Part shown: one piece after another, positions 1 through 8,495 of the stretch
Layout of the letters: each line of letters begins with the position of its first letter
Numbering within the stretch: position 1 is the stretch's first letter
Origin: a bacterium
Lineage (GTDB): Bacteria > Babelota > Babeliae > Babelales > JABCYS01
NCBI GenBank assembly: GCA_027452085.1
Contig: DAIDHG010000001.1
Coordinates: 1-20,954 of the forward strand
Reading direction: 5' to 3'
Length of the DNA stretch: 20,954 bases
Notes under the pieces: generated by a model
Told to the model about the DNA's origin: nothing
Databases searched by the model: none
The model's input: the letters and a program-made list of their open reading frames with translations, nothing else
Made by a program: the position numbers and the translations under genes

Positions 1-76
1 ATCGCTTATATAGTCGTTTTCTTCAAATGGCGCGGATGCTTTTTGAATGTAGTAATCGGTGACCCTTGGGGTAGCA

Positions 77-715
77 ATGAATGGAAAAATCTTAACTCTG
101 GTAACGATCATATCTGCCTTGGCTTTAGGGTCTCTTACCTACCAAAGGAACCTGGTTTGGCAATCTGAGGAAGCCTTTTGGTTTGATGTGCTCAAAAAAG
201 CTCCAAATCGGGCGCGGGCGCATAATAATTATGGCGTTGCTCTATTTGAGCAGCGGCGCTTTTCTGATGCGCTGCCATCATTTCAAAAGGCGATAGAGCT
301 TGATGCTCTCTATCCCGATCCCATAAATAATGCAGCTCTTTGCTATGCGGCCTTGGGCAACGTAGATGAGGCAATTCAGATGCTTAAAAAAAGCCTTGAG
401 TTAAATAAGTATGTGCCTGAGGTGTACGAAAATTTGGCGGGGCTCTTTATCTGCAAGAAAGATTTTGATCGAGCGGAAAAGTGTGTAAATAATGCGCTGA
501 AACTGCGCCCTCATTATGGCAAGGCCTATGTGCAACGAGGCCGTATCTATTTGGCTCAAATGCATGAGGTCGAAGAGAATAATGCCGCTCGTCGTGAGTT
601 GCTTGTCAAGGCGCGCGATGCCTTTGGTGCTGCCTGCACTATTGCCGATTTTGATCATGATAAACAAACACGCGCCATGTATGAGCAGCTGTGCCGACAA
701 TGCGCTGTTTCGTGA
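77..715 (+). CDS. Membrane-anchored tetratricopeptide-repeat protein resembling the C-terminal part of TMTC-like proteins
   Basis: N-terminal hydrophobic helix (ILTLVTIISALALGSL), then TYQRNLVWQSEEAFW and about 4 TPR units (RAHNNYGVAL...AIELDALY, PINNAALCYAALG...SLELN, VYENLAGLF...ALKLRPHY, KAYVQRGRIY). ATG at 77 follows GGGGT; GTG at 59 is an alternative start. In-frame stops lie upstream (TGA 44-46, TAG 50-52). Confidence 0.8.
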   Translation: MNGKILTLVTIISALALGSLTYQRNLVWQSEEAFWFDVLKKAPNRARAHNNYGVALFEQRRFSDALPSFQKAIELDALYPDPINNAALCYAALGNVDEAIQMLKKSLELNKYVPEVYENLAGLFICKKDFDRAEKCVNNALKLRPHYGKAYVQRGRIYLAQMHEVEENNAARRELLVKARDAFGAACTIADFDHDKQTRAMYEQLCRQCAVS

Positions 716-720
716 AATTG

Positions 721-1344
721 CTATTTAAACCTTCCTTCAAATACAATCTCGTTCAAAGGTTTGCGATCGCTTGGATGCTCGCGTGAGCGAAGATTTTCTG
801 GTAGTGAGGCTGGATCGCCAGGCTTACCAATGGCCACCATTGCTTGAAGGGTGTAGTTGCTTGGTAGATTAATCAATTGCGCAGCCGCTGCATGATCAAA
901 GCCGCCGATGCCGTGAACCACCAGTTTGTTGAGCGTGCCTTGCAGCGCCAAATTTTCCCAAGCTGCGCCCGTGTCAAAACTATGCGAAGATAGTGCTTTG
1001 CCAGAATCGAGCGCATGTTGTGAAACGATAACCACCAAGGCGGCAGCTTTTTGCGCCCAGCTGCGATTACCTTCATACAATAGATTTAAAAATTTCGGCC
1101 ATTCCTTTGATTCTCGCTTGGCATACACAAAACGCCATTGCTGCGCATTGCCGCTTGATGGTGCCCATCGCGCTGCCTCAAACAAGGTCATAAGCTCTGT
1201 ATCAGAAATAGATTCGCCAGACATGGCGCGCGCCGACCAACGATCGAGAAAGAGTTGATCAATGGGATAGGTTGTTTTGCGAGTTGCGCCAATAATGGGC
1301 CAAGCGCACACAAGTGCCAATAATAGTTTTTTTATCACAGCCAT
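721..1344 (-). CDS. Nitroreductase family protein with a putative N-terminal signal peptide
   Basis: Motifs RWSARA, EAARWAPSSGNAQQWRF, SFDTGAAWENLALQ, GGFD, AIGK and RKPL. It has 20 extra N-terminal residues (MAVIKKLLLALVCAWPIIGA) relative to the neighbouring paralog. AGGA lies upstream of the ATG. Confidence 0.92.
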   Translation of the reverse strand: MAVIKKLLLALVCAWPIIGATRKTTYPIDQLFLDRWSARAMSGESISDTELMTLFEAARWAPSSGNAQQWRFVYAKRESKEWPKFLNLLYEGNRSWAQKAAALVVIVSQHALDSGKALSSHSFDTGAAWENLALQGTLNKLVVHGIGGFDHAAAAQLINLPSNYTLQAMVAIGKPGDPASLPENLRSREHPSDRKPLNEIVFEGRFK

Positions 1345-1351
1345 ACTTTTC

Positions 1352-1921
1352 CTATTTTAATTGCCCTTCAAATACAATCTCATCTAACGGCTTTCGTTCA
1401 TTGGGCTGCTCGCCTGCTTGGAGCTTATCGGGTAACCGGCTGATCTCTCCATGTTTTCCAACGGCAACCATTGCCTCTACCGTATAATCAGTCGGCAATT
1501 TTGCAAGCTCTGCTGCCGCTTGATAATTAAAGCCTTCCATTGCATGTGCGACTAAATTAAGTGCGGTAGCCTGCAATGCCAAATTTTCCCATGCAGCGCC
1601 GGTATCGAAACTATGGGTGCGCGATGGTTTGTTGTTGTATGCAAAATTATTATGCGAAGCAATAATAATTAATACGGCAGCATTTTGAGCCCAAAGCCTA
1701 TTTGGTTCTACCAGTAGATCTAAAAATTTTTGCCAATATGGCGTATCACGTTTGGCATAAATAAATCGCCAGGGTTGATTATTGTATGAAGAAGGAGCCC
1801 AGCGTGCAGCTTCAAATAATGCCATCAGCTCAGTATCGGTAATTGATTCACCGGATAATGCGCGTGGTGAATAGCGATTAAGAATCAGTGGTTCAATAGG
1901 ATAATTAGCTGTTCGCGTCAT
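1352..1921 (-). CDS. Nitroreductase family protein (FMN-dependent)
   Basis: Motifs RYSPRA, EAARWAPSSYNNQPWRF, FDTGAAWENLALQA and RKPL; strong GAGGAG SD before the ATG. Confidence 0.93.
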   Translation of the reverse strand: MTRTANYPIEPLILNRYSPRALSGESITDTELMALFEAARWAPSSYNNQPWRFIYAKRDTPYWQKFLDLLVEPNRLWAQNAAVLIIIASHNNFAYNNKPSRTHSFDTGAAWENLALQATALNLVAHAMEGFNYQAAAELAKLPTDYTVEAMVAVGKHGEISRLPDKLQAGEQPNERKPLDEIVFEGQLK

Positions 1922-1996
1922 GACGCTCCTCTTTCCAGTTAGTTTTGTGAAAATGAGCGTACTTCACCCAATGTGCAGAAGCAAGAGTTTATAAAC

Positions 1997-3307
1997 TTAC
2001 ACCCGTAATAATTCATCCCACTGTGTGGTAAATCGTTGCGAGCGAAGCTGACGATTTGATTTCCAGTGTTGATCAACGCCCGATGCAACAAAATAAACGG
2101 TGTGTGAGCCCCATTTATTATTGACGGCGTCAACGGCATGCATAGCATTTGTTTGCTTTGGCACATCATCGGTTGCAATGAAAAGCGGTAATTGCGCTGG
2201 ATCCATAGGCGATAAATCAACCAGCATGATCCCTGCTTTTTTATAGGCAAAATCAGACCGATACATCTGCTCAACTAACGAGGTTGCAGCAGCAATCATG
2301 GTAGGCGTGTATGCCGTTGGCAGCGGAAAGATATGAGTTTCGCTATTAAAATAGCGATGCTCTTCAGCGACAAACCAACTGGTTTGCAGCCACACGCAGA
2401 TACCGCCACATAGTTGTTTTTGCTCACGCAATGTTTCTGCGGCAATGGTTGCATAGGTAGCAACTGCTTCTTTCAATGACGGTAATGTACGCACCGGTAT
2501 GCCAAATGAACGAGATTTTATAATCGTTTGATTGGGCGCTTTTATCTCTTCTAAAGAGATGCACGGGGTGCCCCGCAATTCCCATACGGTGCGCAGGCCA
2601 TTGATCGTCATATGTTTGCGAATCCACTCATCAGGCATAGTGAGTAGTTTGGCCACGGTATGAATGTTGTATCCTTTGAGCTTATTGGCATAGCGATAGC
2701 CGATACCCCATACATCACCGACCGGAAGATATTTGAGTGCGGCATCAATAGCTGATGGCGTATCGAGATAGCAGACGCCTGGCGATTGTAAGCCAATGCC
2801 GGGTTTTGGTTTGCCTCTGGAGACAGCCTTGGCTATATCGTTGGCAACTTTTGCCAATGTTTTGGTGGGTGCTAAACCAAAAGACACCGGTATGCCAGTC
2901 CATTGTGTCACGCGAGCGCGTAGCGCCTGAGCATAAGCAAATCGTTCTTCGGGGGCGATTGAAGTTAGATCAATAAACGCCTCATCGATCGAATAGATTT
3001 CTATAGAAGGTGCACTGTCGGCCAATATGTTCATGACGCGTGCCGACATATCTGAATACAGCTCAAAGTTTGATGAATAGACATGAACATTATGCTCTTT
3101 GAGCAGCTTTTGGTATTTAAAAGCTGCAGCTCCCATGGGAATACCGAGCTTTTTTGCCTCTTCAGAGCGTGCAATGATGCAGCCATCATTGCTTGAAAGC
3201 ACAACGGTGGGCACACCCAAAAGCTTTGGGTTAAAAACACGTTCGCAGGAAACGAAGAAATTGTTGCAATCAACAAGTGCTATGCAACTAGGAAGTGAAG
3301 GTTCCAT
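1997..3307 (-). CDS. umuC: Y-family DNA polymerase V catalytic subunit UmuC
   Basis: Motifs [70 protein letters not shown] and YKKAG, plus the C-terminal W..N....[14 protein letters not shown] at 3307 is preferred over TTG at 3316. Confidence 0.95.
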   Translation of the reverse strand: MEPSLPSCIALVDCNNFFVSCERVFNPKLLGVPTVVLSSNDGCIIARSEEAKKLGIPMGAAAFKYQKLLKEHNVHVYSSNFELYSDMSARVMNILADSAPSIEIYSIDEAFIDLTSIAPEERFAYAQALRARVTQWTGIPVSFGLAPTKTLAKVANDIAKAVSRGKPKPGIGLQSPGVCYLDTPSAIDAALKYLPVGDVWGIGYRYANKLKGYNIHTVAKLLTMPDEWIRKHMTINGLRTVWELRGTPCISLEEIKAPNQTIIKSRSFGIPVRTLPSLKEAVATYATIAAETLREQKQLCGGICVWLQTSWFVAEEHRYFNSETHIFPLPTAYTPTMIAAATSLVEQMYRSDFAYKKAGIMLVDLSPMDPAQLPLFIATDDVPKQTNAMHAVDAVNNKWGSHTVYFVASGVDQHWKSNRQLRSQRFTTQWDELLRV

Positions 3308-3432
3308 GATGTTCAAGTTTGTGTGTTGTTTATGAAATGTGTGAGGCTTGGCTAGGTATATGCCTAGGCGGTTGCAACCATTTAAAATGTCGTAAAACTT
3401 ATAGATATGAATTTTATCTTAGCGTTAACAAA

Positions 3433-3876
3433 ATGGCTATACAAAAACAAAAAATGCCCCGCTCTACTTTTAGATCACAGGCAGATGTTTCATACAATAT
3501 TCCATTAATATTGGAGCATATGCCAGCCGGCTTTCCATCGCCAGCGGAGGACTATGTTGAGCAAAAACTGGATCTTAATCAGTATTTGATCAAGCATCCG
3601 GCCGCGACATTTTTTGTGCGGGCTGATGGTGAATCAATGATTGGCGCCGGTATCAATTCTGGTGATTTGCTTGTCGTAGATCGTGCAACGGCCGCGACGA
3701 ATAATGCCGTTGTGCTCGCAATCCTTAATGGGGAATTTACCATTAAGCGTATTCGCAAAGTGGGTGATAAACTATTTCTAATACCGGAAAACCCAAGCTT
3801 TAAACCGATCGAAATTACCCAAGATATGGATTTTGAAATTTGGGGCACAGTGCTCCATGTTATTCGCTCAATGTGA
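3433..3876 (+). CDS. umuD: DNA polymerase V autoproteolytic subunit UmuD (S24 peptidase)
   Basis: Ala-Gly cleavage site in AGFPSPAEDY, HPAATFFVRADGESM (catalytic Ser), GDLLVVDR, GEFTIKR (catalytic Lys), PENP and WGTV. There is no N-terminal DNA-binding domain. Start at ATG 3433 (alternative ATG 3454). Confidence 0.93.
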   Translation: MAIQKQKMPRSTFRSQADVSYNIPLILEHMPAGFPSPAEDYVEQKLDLNQYLIKHPAATFFVRADGESMIGAGINSGDLLVVDRATAATNNAVVLAILNGEFTIKRIRKVGDKLFLIPENPSFKPIEITQDMDFEIWGTVLHVIRSM

Positions 3877-4624
3877 TTGTTTTTCTATCAATTGCGATTT
3901 CTAAACGCACCCCATATTTTTTTCCTAATAATTTGATTGTATCCAATATTTTTTTTGTGTCCGGATTTATTGCGTTGGTGGTCTGATGCTTGGTAATTTC
4001 TGATCCACAGTGGGTGAAAATGGCGCGCGGAACTTTGTATTTTTTGCACCAAGCCAGTTGCGTTTCAATTGGGCTATGGCCAACCAGATGGTGATCTTTG
4101 TGCCGAACCAGCATAGTTCGTGTGATGATAGCGCCATCGCCAATGTACAGGTCGATATTTGAAAGCGCCTGTTTCTCATTATGGATTTTAACTAAATCGG
4201 AAACGTAAAAGATCGTTTTTTCTTGAGAGCTGATACGATATCCCATCGCCGGCGCACGAAGCGAATGTTCCACTTCAAATGGTTCGATGGTTAAGCTGCC
4301 GAATTTTATTTTCTTTCGATGTTCGCACACAAATCTTTGCGCGGGTGGAATGGGGAAATCGTTGATAATTTTCCAAGTCTCTGTGCTGGCAAAAACCGGC
4401 CAAGGGCACCCGTTGGCTAATCCGCCTATATGATCTGGGTGGCCATGGGTGATAAAAATTGCCTGCGGTTTTGGTTTTATTTCATCTAAGTGGTTGAGCC
4501 AATCAGCACTGCAATCTAAAAGAATGCGTGTCCGGCCGGCTGAGACCAGTGTTATTGAATGGCGTTTATGGAGTGTGCTGTGGGCAATAATACCACCGCG
4601 GGTGCCGAGAAATTTGATGCGCAT
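3860..4624 (-). CDS. MBL-fold metallo-hydrolase (PhnP/YycJ-like)
   Basis: FLGTRG N-terminus, LLDC, THGHPDHIGG (HxHxDH), VEHS, YVSD, GH and THC. It overlaps the 3' end of umuD by 17 nt. Confidence 0.88.
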   Translation of the reverse strand: MRIKFLGTRGGIIAHSTLHKRHSITLVSAGRTRILLDCSADWLNHLDEIKPKPQAIFITHGHPDHIGGLANGCPWPVFASTETWKIINDFPIPPAQRFVCEHRKKIKFGSLTIEPFEVEHSLRAPAMGYRISSQEKTIFYVSDLVKIHNEKQALSNIDLYIGDGAIITRTMLVRHKDHHLVGHSPIETQLAWCKKYKVPRAIFTHCGSEITKHQTTNAINPDTKKILDTIKLLGKKYGVRLEIAIDRKTITLSE

Positions 4625-4627
4625 AAT

Positions 4628-5803
4628 CTACTCAATTATTCCTATTAGTTGAGAAATTTGCTCAGCTGAAGGAAGTTCGCTTTCGAGTTCTTTTGGTAGT
4701 TCAGAAACAATTTGATAGGCAGCGACACCAATTGCTTTGACAGATTGTTTCAGCGCATATTCAACAATGGTTCTGTTCTTCTCTTTGCAAAGAATGATAC
4801 CGATTGATGGGTTTTCGCCTTCCATGCGAACCTGGTCGTCTAGAACTGCTAAATAAAATTGCATTTTTCCTACATATTCTGGGATAAATTTGCCAATTTT
4901 TAGTTCAATTGCGACGAGAGATTTTAGTCTCCGGTGATACAAAAGCAGATCTATAAAAAATTCTTGATCACCAACCTCGAGACGGTGTTGTGATCCAACA
5001 AAGGCAAAAACGCCCCCCATTTCACGAAGAAATTTTTCTATCTTGGCGATAATGGATTTCTCAAGTTCGCTTTCGCTATGCTCATCATTCAACTCTAAGA
5101 AATCAAAAATGTATTCATCCTTTATTGAAACTTTCGCTTCATGCTTCAACGGTTCAGGAAGCGTTTGGTCAAAATTCGATTGACTGACCAAGGTTTTTTC
5201 GTAGGTTTTGTTGCTAATATGATTGATGAGGACTCGATAGCTCCATTTTTTGGACTTGGCCATTCGGATATAAAATTCGCGTTCTTGGGGGTCTTTGCAC
5301 TTCCCCAGAATTGCAAGATTATTAGACCAACTAATTTCTTCGGACAGTGTACGCAAGAGGTCATTATTAGCGTAAGCCAGGTAAAACTGACGCATAACCC
5401 ATATGTTTGTGGCTGAGAACCCTTTTATGCCTGGAAACGACTCTCTAAGATCTCTTGCGAATTGCTCTACCGTCGAGTCCCCCCACCCCGCGGACTGTTG
5501 CTTTGTGTAAACTATTTCGCCCAGTTCCCGGTACAGCTTTAGGAGGCCTCTATTGACTGTTACGAGGGCTTGATATTGCTCTTGTCGTATTCGTTCGAGT
5601 ACATAAGCAAGAGTAGTTATGTAGTCTTGCTGTGCTTGAGCATCATTAAGATTGATCTCAAATTCCTTTTTCACGATCCGATACTCCTCCCACAAGTTTT
5701 GAGTGGACTTTTCTTCTTGTCCAAATATAAAACTGGTCAGAAAGATAAGGCTATAAATAACGCATAAATGATGATTTTTGTGATTACCGCTACTTTTTTT
5801 CAT
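4628..5803 (-). CDS. YhcG/DUF1016 family PD-(D/E)XK nuclease-domain protein with an N-terminal extension
   Basis: Motifs GWGDSTVEQFARDL, GFSATNIWVMRQFY, ISWS, EREFY, KDEYIFDFL, ESELE, FLREMGGVFAFVGSQ, FFIDLLLYHRRLKSLVAIELKIGKF, GKMQFYL, ENPSIGIILC and VEYAL. ATG at 5803 follows GAGG. The longer ORF from 5959 runs through a terminator. Confidence 0.92.
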   Translation of the reverse strand: MKKSSGNHKNHHLCVIYSLIFLTSFIFGQEEKSTQNLWEEYRIVKKEFEINLNDAQAQQDYITTLAYVLERIRQEQYQALVTVNRGLLKLYRELGEIVYTKQQSAGWGDSTVEQFARDLRESFPGIKGFSATNIWVMRQFYLAYANNDLLRTLSEEISWSNNLAILGKCKDPQEREFYIRMAKSKKWSYRVLINHISNKTYEKTLVSQSNFDQTLPEPLKHEAKVSIKDEYIFDFLELNDEHSESELEKSIIAKIEKFLREMGGVFAFVGSQHRLEVGDQEFFIDLLLYHRRLKSLVAIELKIGKFIPEYVGKMQFYLAVLDDQVRMEGENPSIGIILCKEKNRTIVEYALKQSVKAIGVAAYQIVSELPKELESELPSAEQISQLIGIIE

Positions 5804-5880
5804 GCAGCCTCGCTTAGTATGTCTTAATACTAGCCTGCAATAAAACGCGCACAAAAGTCTATATTTTTGATCTGGACAAC

Positions 5881-5915
5881 AAAAAAAATAGCCTGGTGTA
5901 CTACCAGGCCATTTT
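5881..5915 (-). terminator. Intrinsic terminator downstream of the 6-Cys secreted protein gene
   Basis: Minus strand reads AAAATGGCCTGGT-agtac-ACCAGGCTATTTTTTTT: a GC-rich stem followed by a long U tract. Confidence 0.8.
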
Positions 5916-5937
5916 GAAACAAAACAATGGGGATGAA

Positions 5938-6312
5938 CTATTTCTTTTCGGGAACGCAACCAGGAACATTATTCTTTATTGCGTAGTCTGATAAAACCCG
6001 AGCAGCTTCGATATATTTTTCTGCTTTCTTTGGGTTCATCGCCTTAAATGATGCTTCTTGAGCTTTGAGCTTGCAGTAGGTTGCGCAACGTGCTGCATTT
6101 GCCTTGCGCTCTTCGCCAAACAATGGCAAGGCGCTTTTGCCTTCTGAGCAAATCGGATCGCATACAGCGTATAGGTCGCCTTCAGATGCAAAGCCTTTTT
6201 TCTTAGCTTCAGTTTCCAAAGCCTTCATGCTGGTTGGGCATGTGTCAGCTAAAACATTTCCCGCTCCAGCAACTAGTAAAGCTGCAATTGCTAATTTCAG
6301 TGAACCGTTCAT
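5938..6312 (-). CDS. Hypothetical small secreted cysteine-rich protein
   Basis: Strong AAGGAG SD; signal peptide MNGSLKLAIAALLVAGAGNVLA|DT; six Cys; own terminator. Confidence 0.8.
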   Translation of the reverse strand: MNGSLKLAIAALLVAGAGNVLADTCPTSMKALETEAKKKGFASEGDLYAVCDPICSEGKSALPLFGEERKANAARCATYCKLKAQEASFKAMNPKKAEKYIEAARVLSDYAIKNNVPGCVPEKK

Positions 6313-6357
6313 AAGAACTCCTTTTTTGTTAGTTCGTTGAGCTAGATATTTATTACT

Positions 6358-6387
6358 ATTCTAGAGCATGCAATAAATAGGATGCAA
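6358..6387 (-). promoter_or_regulatory. Putative sigma70 promoter for the 6-Cys protein gene
   Basis: Minus strand TTGCAT-18 nt-TAGAAT, about 45 nt upstream of the ATG. Confidence 0.4.
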
Positions 6388-6410
6388 AAAGCAAGAATTT
6401 TGTTGCTAGG

Positions 6411-6445
6411 AAAAGAAAAACCCAGCCTTTTTATAGCTGGGTTTT
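6411..6445 (-). terminator. Intrinsic terminator after hppA
   Basis: Minus strand reads AAAACCCAGC-tataaaaag-GCTGGGTTTTTCTTTT. Confidence 0.8.
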
Positions 6446-6467
6446 AATATTATGAATAAAACGAGGC

Positions 6468-8459
6468 CTAGAGACCTGCCAACAGCAGGGCAACCACCGA
6501 CATTAATTTAATTAATATGTTTAATGAAGGGCCTGCAGTATCTTTGAAAGGATCGCCCACCGTATCACCAATAATGGCCGATTTATGAGCCATTGATCCT
6601 TTGCCGCCCAAGTGGCCTGCTTCGATGTATTTCTTAGCATTATCCCAAGCACCGCCGCCATTGGCCATCATGAGTGCCAGAAGTACAGACACTAGAGTTG
6701 CGCCAACGAGCATGCCGCCGAGCGCCAGTTTCCCTTGTGCGCCAAAGCCATAGCGTACCGCCACTGGTAATAGCACCGTCAATAAACCAGGAATTACCAT
6801 TTCTTTAAGAGCCGCACGAGTACTGATCTCAATGCAACGTTTGTAATCTGGTGCTGCAGTGCCCTGGGCCAAGCCCGGAATTTCACGGAACTGGCGCAAC
6901 ACTTCCATCACCATTTTTAGTGCCGCGCTACCTACTGCTCGCATGGTCAATGCAGAAACGATGAATGGCAACACGCCACCGATAAAGAGACCAACGACGA
7001 CCACCGGTGTTTTGAGGTCAAGAATTTCAATGTTTGCTTTTTGTGCATAGGCAGAGAACATAGCCAGTGCAGTCAACAATGCTGAGCCGATCGCAAATCC
7101 CTTGCCGATTGCTGCCGTAGTGTTACCAAGAGCATCTAATTTATCGGTAGTTTTGCGTACTGATGGATCAAGCTCTGCCATCTCAGCAATACCGCCAGCA
7201 TTATCAGCGATCGGTCCATAGCCATCAATGGTCATGGTAGTGCCCACGGTGGCCAACATCGCCACGGCAGAAATCGCTACACCAAACAATCCACCGCCCA
7301 GGTTATATGCCATTAATACGGCGATGGCCAACAATACCACTGGGCCAGCAACTGATTCCATACCAACGGATAAACCATAAATAATATTGGTAGCAGCGCC
7401 TGATTCTGAAGCTTCAGCGATCTTATGAATCGGTGTACCCGAGGTGAAATATTCAGTGATGGTGCCAACGATGATACCGCTTACGCAGCCCATCAACACC
7501 GCATAAAAGAGTTGCATCTCTAAGGAAAATGCGTGTAGATACGCCCAGGTGCCAACTGCGAGTAAACCAATTGATAAGAAGTTGGCAAGACGCAACTGTG
7601 CAGCCGGTGCAACATTAATAATATAGGCAGCGCCCAGTGTGATGGCTGAGCTGACAAGCCCAATAGCGGCCAGTACAATGGGGAATACCGTATATGTAGG
7701 CGTATTGTAATAGGGGTCCATGACGGCAATTAAAATTGCGGCAACCATAGCGCCTATATATGATTCATAAATATCAGCGCCCATGCCGGCTGTGTCGCCA
7801 ACGCAATCGCCCACGTTGTCTGCAATAACGGCAGGGTTGCGCGGGTCATCTTCCGGCAAACCGATCTCAACTTTACCAGCCAAATCGGCACCAACGTCAG
7901 CTGCTTTGGTATAAATACCACCGCCGACACGTGAAAAGAATGCAACAAGTGAGGCACCGATGCTGAAGCAGATCAATGCATTTTCAAAGCTTTCTTGATC
8001 AAGACGACCATAGAGCCAATAGAAAACTGATCCAAGCCCAATCAGGCCAAAGCTTGCCACGGCAAAACCCATCACGCCACCGCCAGCCAGTGCGGTCAGG
8101 AATGCTGCGCGTTCACCTTTACTGCGTGCAACCAAAGTTGTGCGAACGTTGGCCAAGGTTGCTGCATACATGCCGATATAACCAGCCGCTAATGAAATGA
8201 GCGCGCCGATCACAAAGAGCCCAGCATAAAGCATGCCCAGCACCAGGTATAGTACGATGGCTACAACGAGCGTTACGAGAGAAATCACTGAATACTCTTC
8301 GCGCAAGAAAGTCATGGCGCCGATACGAATTGCGTGCGCTATTTCACCCGCTTTTGGATGATCCACCTTAATTTTGATGACCTGCATAAACAGATATGCC
8401 ATAAGGATGAGGCCAAATACGGCCGATCCGGCAATGAGTAGTTGATCGAATGACAACAT
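6468..8459 (-). CDS. hppA: Membrane-bound cation-translocating pyrophosphatase, K+-dependent type (probably Na+-pumping)
   Basis: Motifs [82 protein letters not shown] and [21 protein letters not shown]; many TM helices; AGGAG SD. Confidence 0.96.
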   Translation of the reverse strand: MLSFDQLLIAGSAVFGLILMAYLFMQVIKIKVDHPKAGEIAHAIRIGAMTFLREEYSVISLVTLVVAIVLYLVLGMLYAGLFVIGALISLAAGYIGMYAATLANVRTTLVARSKGERAAFLTALAGGGVMGFAVASFGLIGLGSVFYWLYGRLDQESFENALICFSIGASLVAFFSRVGGGIYTKAADVGADLAGKVEIGLPEDDPRNPAVIADNVGDCVGDTAGMGADIYESYIGAMVAAILIAVMDPYYNTPTYTVFPIVLAAIGLVSSAITLGAAYIINVAPAAQLRLANFLSIGLLAVGTWAYLHAFSLEMQLFYAVLMGCVSGIIVGTITEYFTSGTPIHKIAEASESGAATNIIYGLSVGMESVAGPVVLLAIAVLMAYNLGGGLFGVAISAVAMLATVGTTMTIDGYGPIADNAGGIAEMAELDPSVRKTTDKLDALGNTTAAIGKGFAIGSALLTALAMFSAYAQKANIEILDLKTPVVVVGLFIGGVLPFIVSALTMRAVGSAALKMVMEVLRQFREIPGLAQGTAAPDYKRCIEISTRAALKEMVIPGLLTVLLPVAVRYGFGAQGKLALGGMLVGATLVSVLLALMMANGGGAWDNAKKYIEAGHLGGKGSMAHKSAIIGDTVGDPFKDTAGPSLNILIKLMSVVALLLAGL

Positions 8460-8495
8460 GTGTATTTTGCTCCTGAAATAACGTTAATCTTATAG

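Noticed and set aside
3301..3314. GTTC-N6-GTTC at the umuC start as an alphaproteobacterial SOS box
   Set aside because: That box has N7 spacing, and this site overlaps the coding start.
3319..3432. N-terminal extension of UmuD from 3319 (possible UmuDAb- or LexA-like domain)
   Set aside because: It starts a few nt from the umuC start and would fill the whole promoter spacer, and it shows no HTH-like sequence.
5804..5959. 52-codon upstream extension of the YhcG ORF in the ORF track
   Set aside because: It runs through a terminator and overlaps the previous gene; ATG 5803 has an SD.
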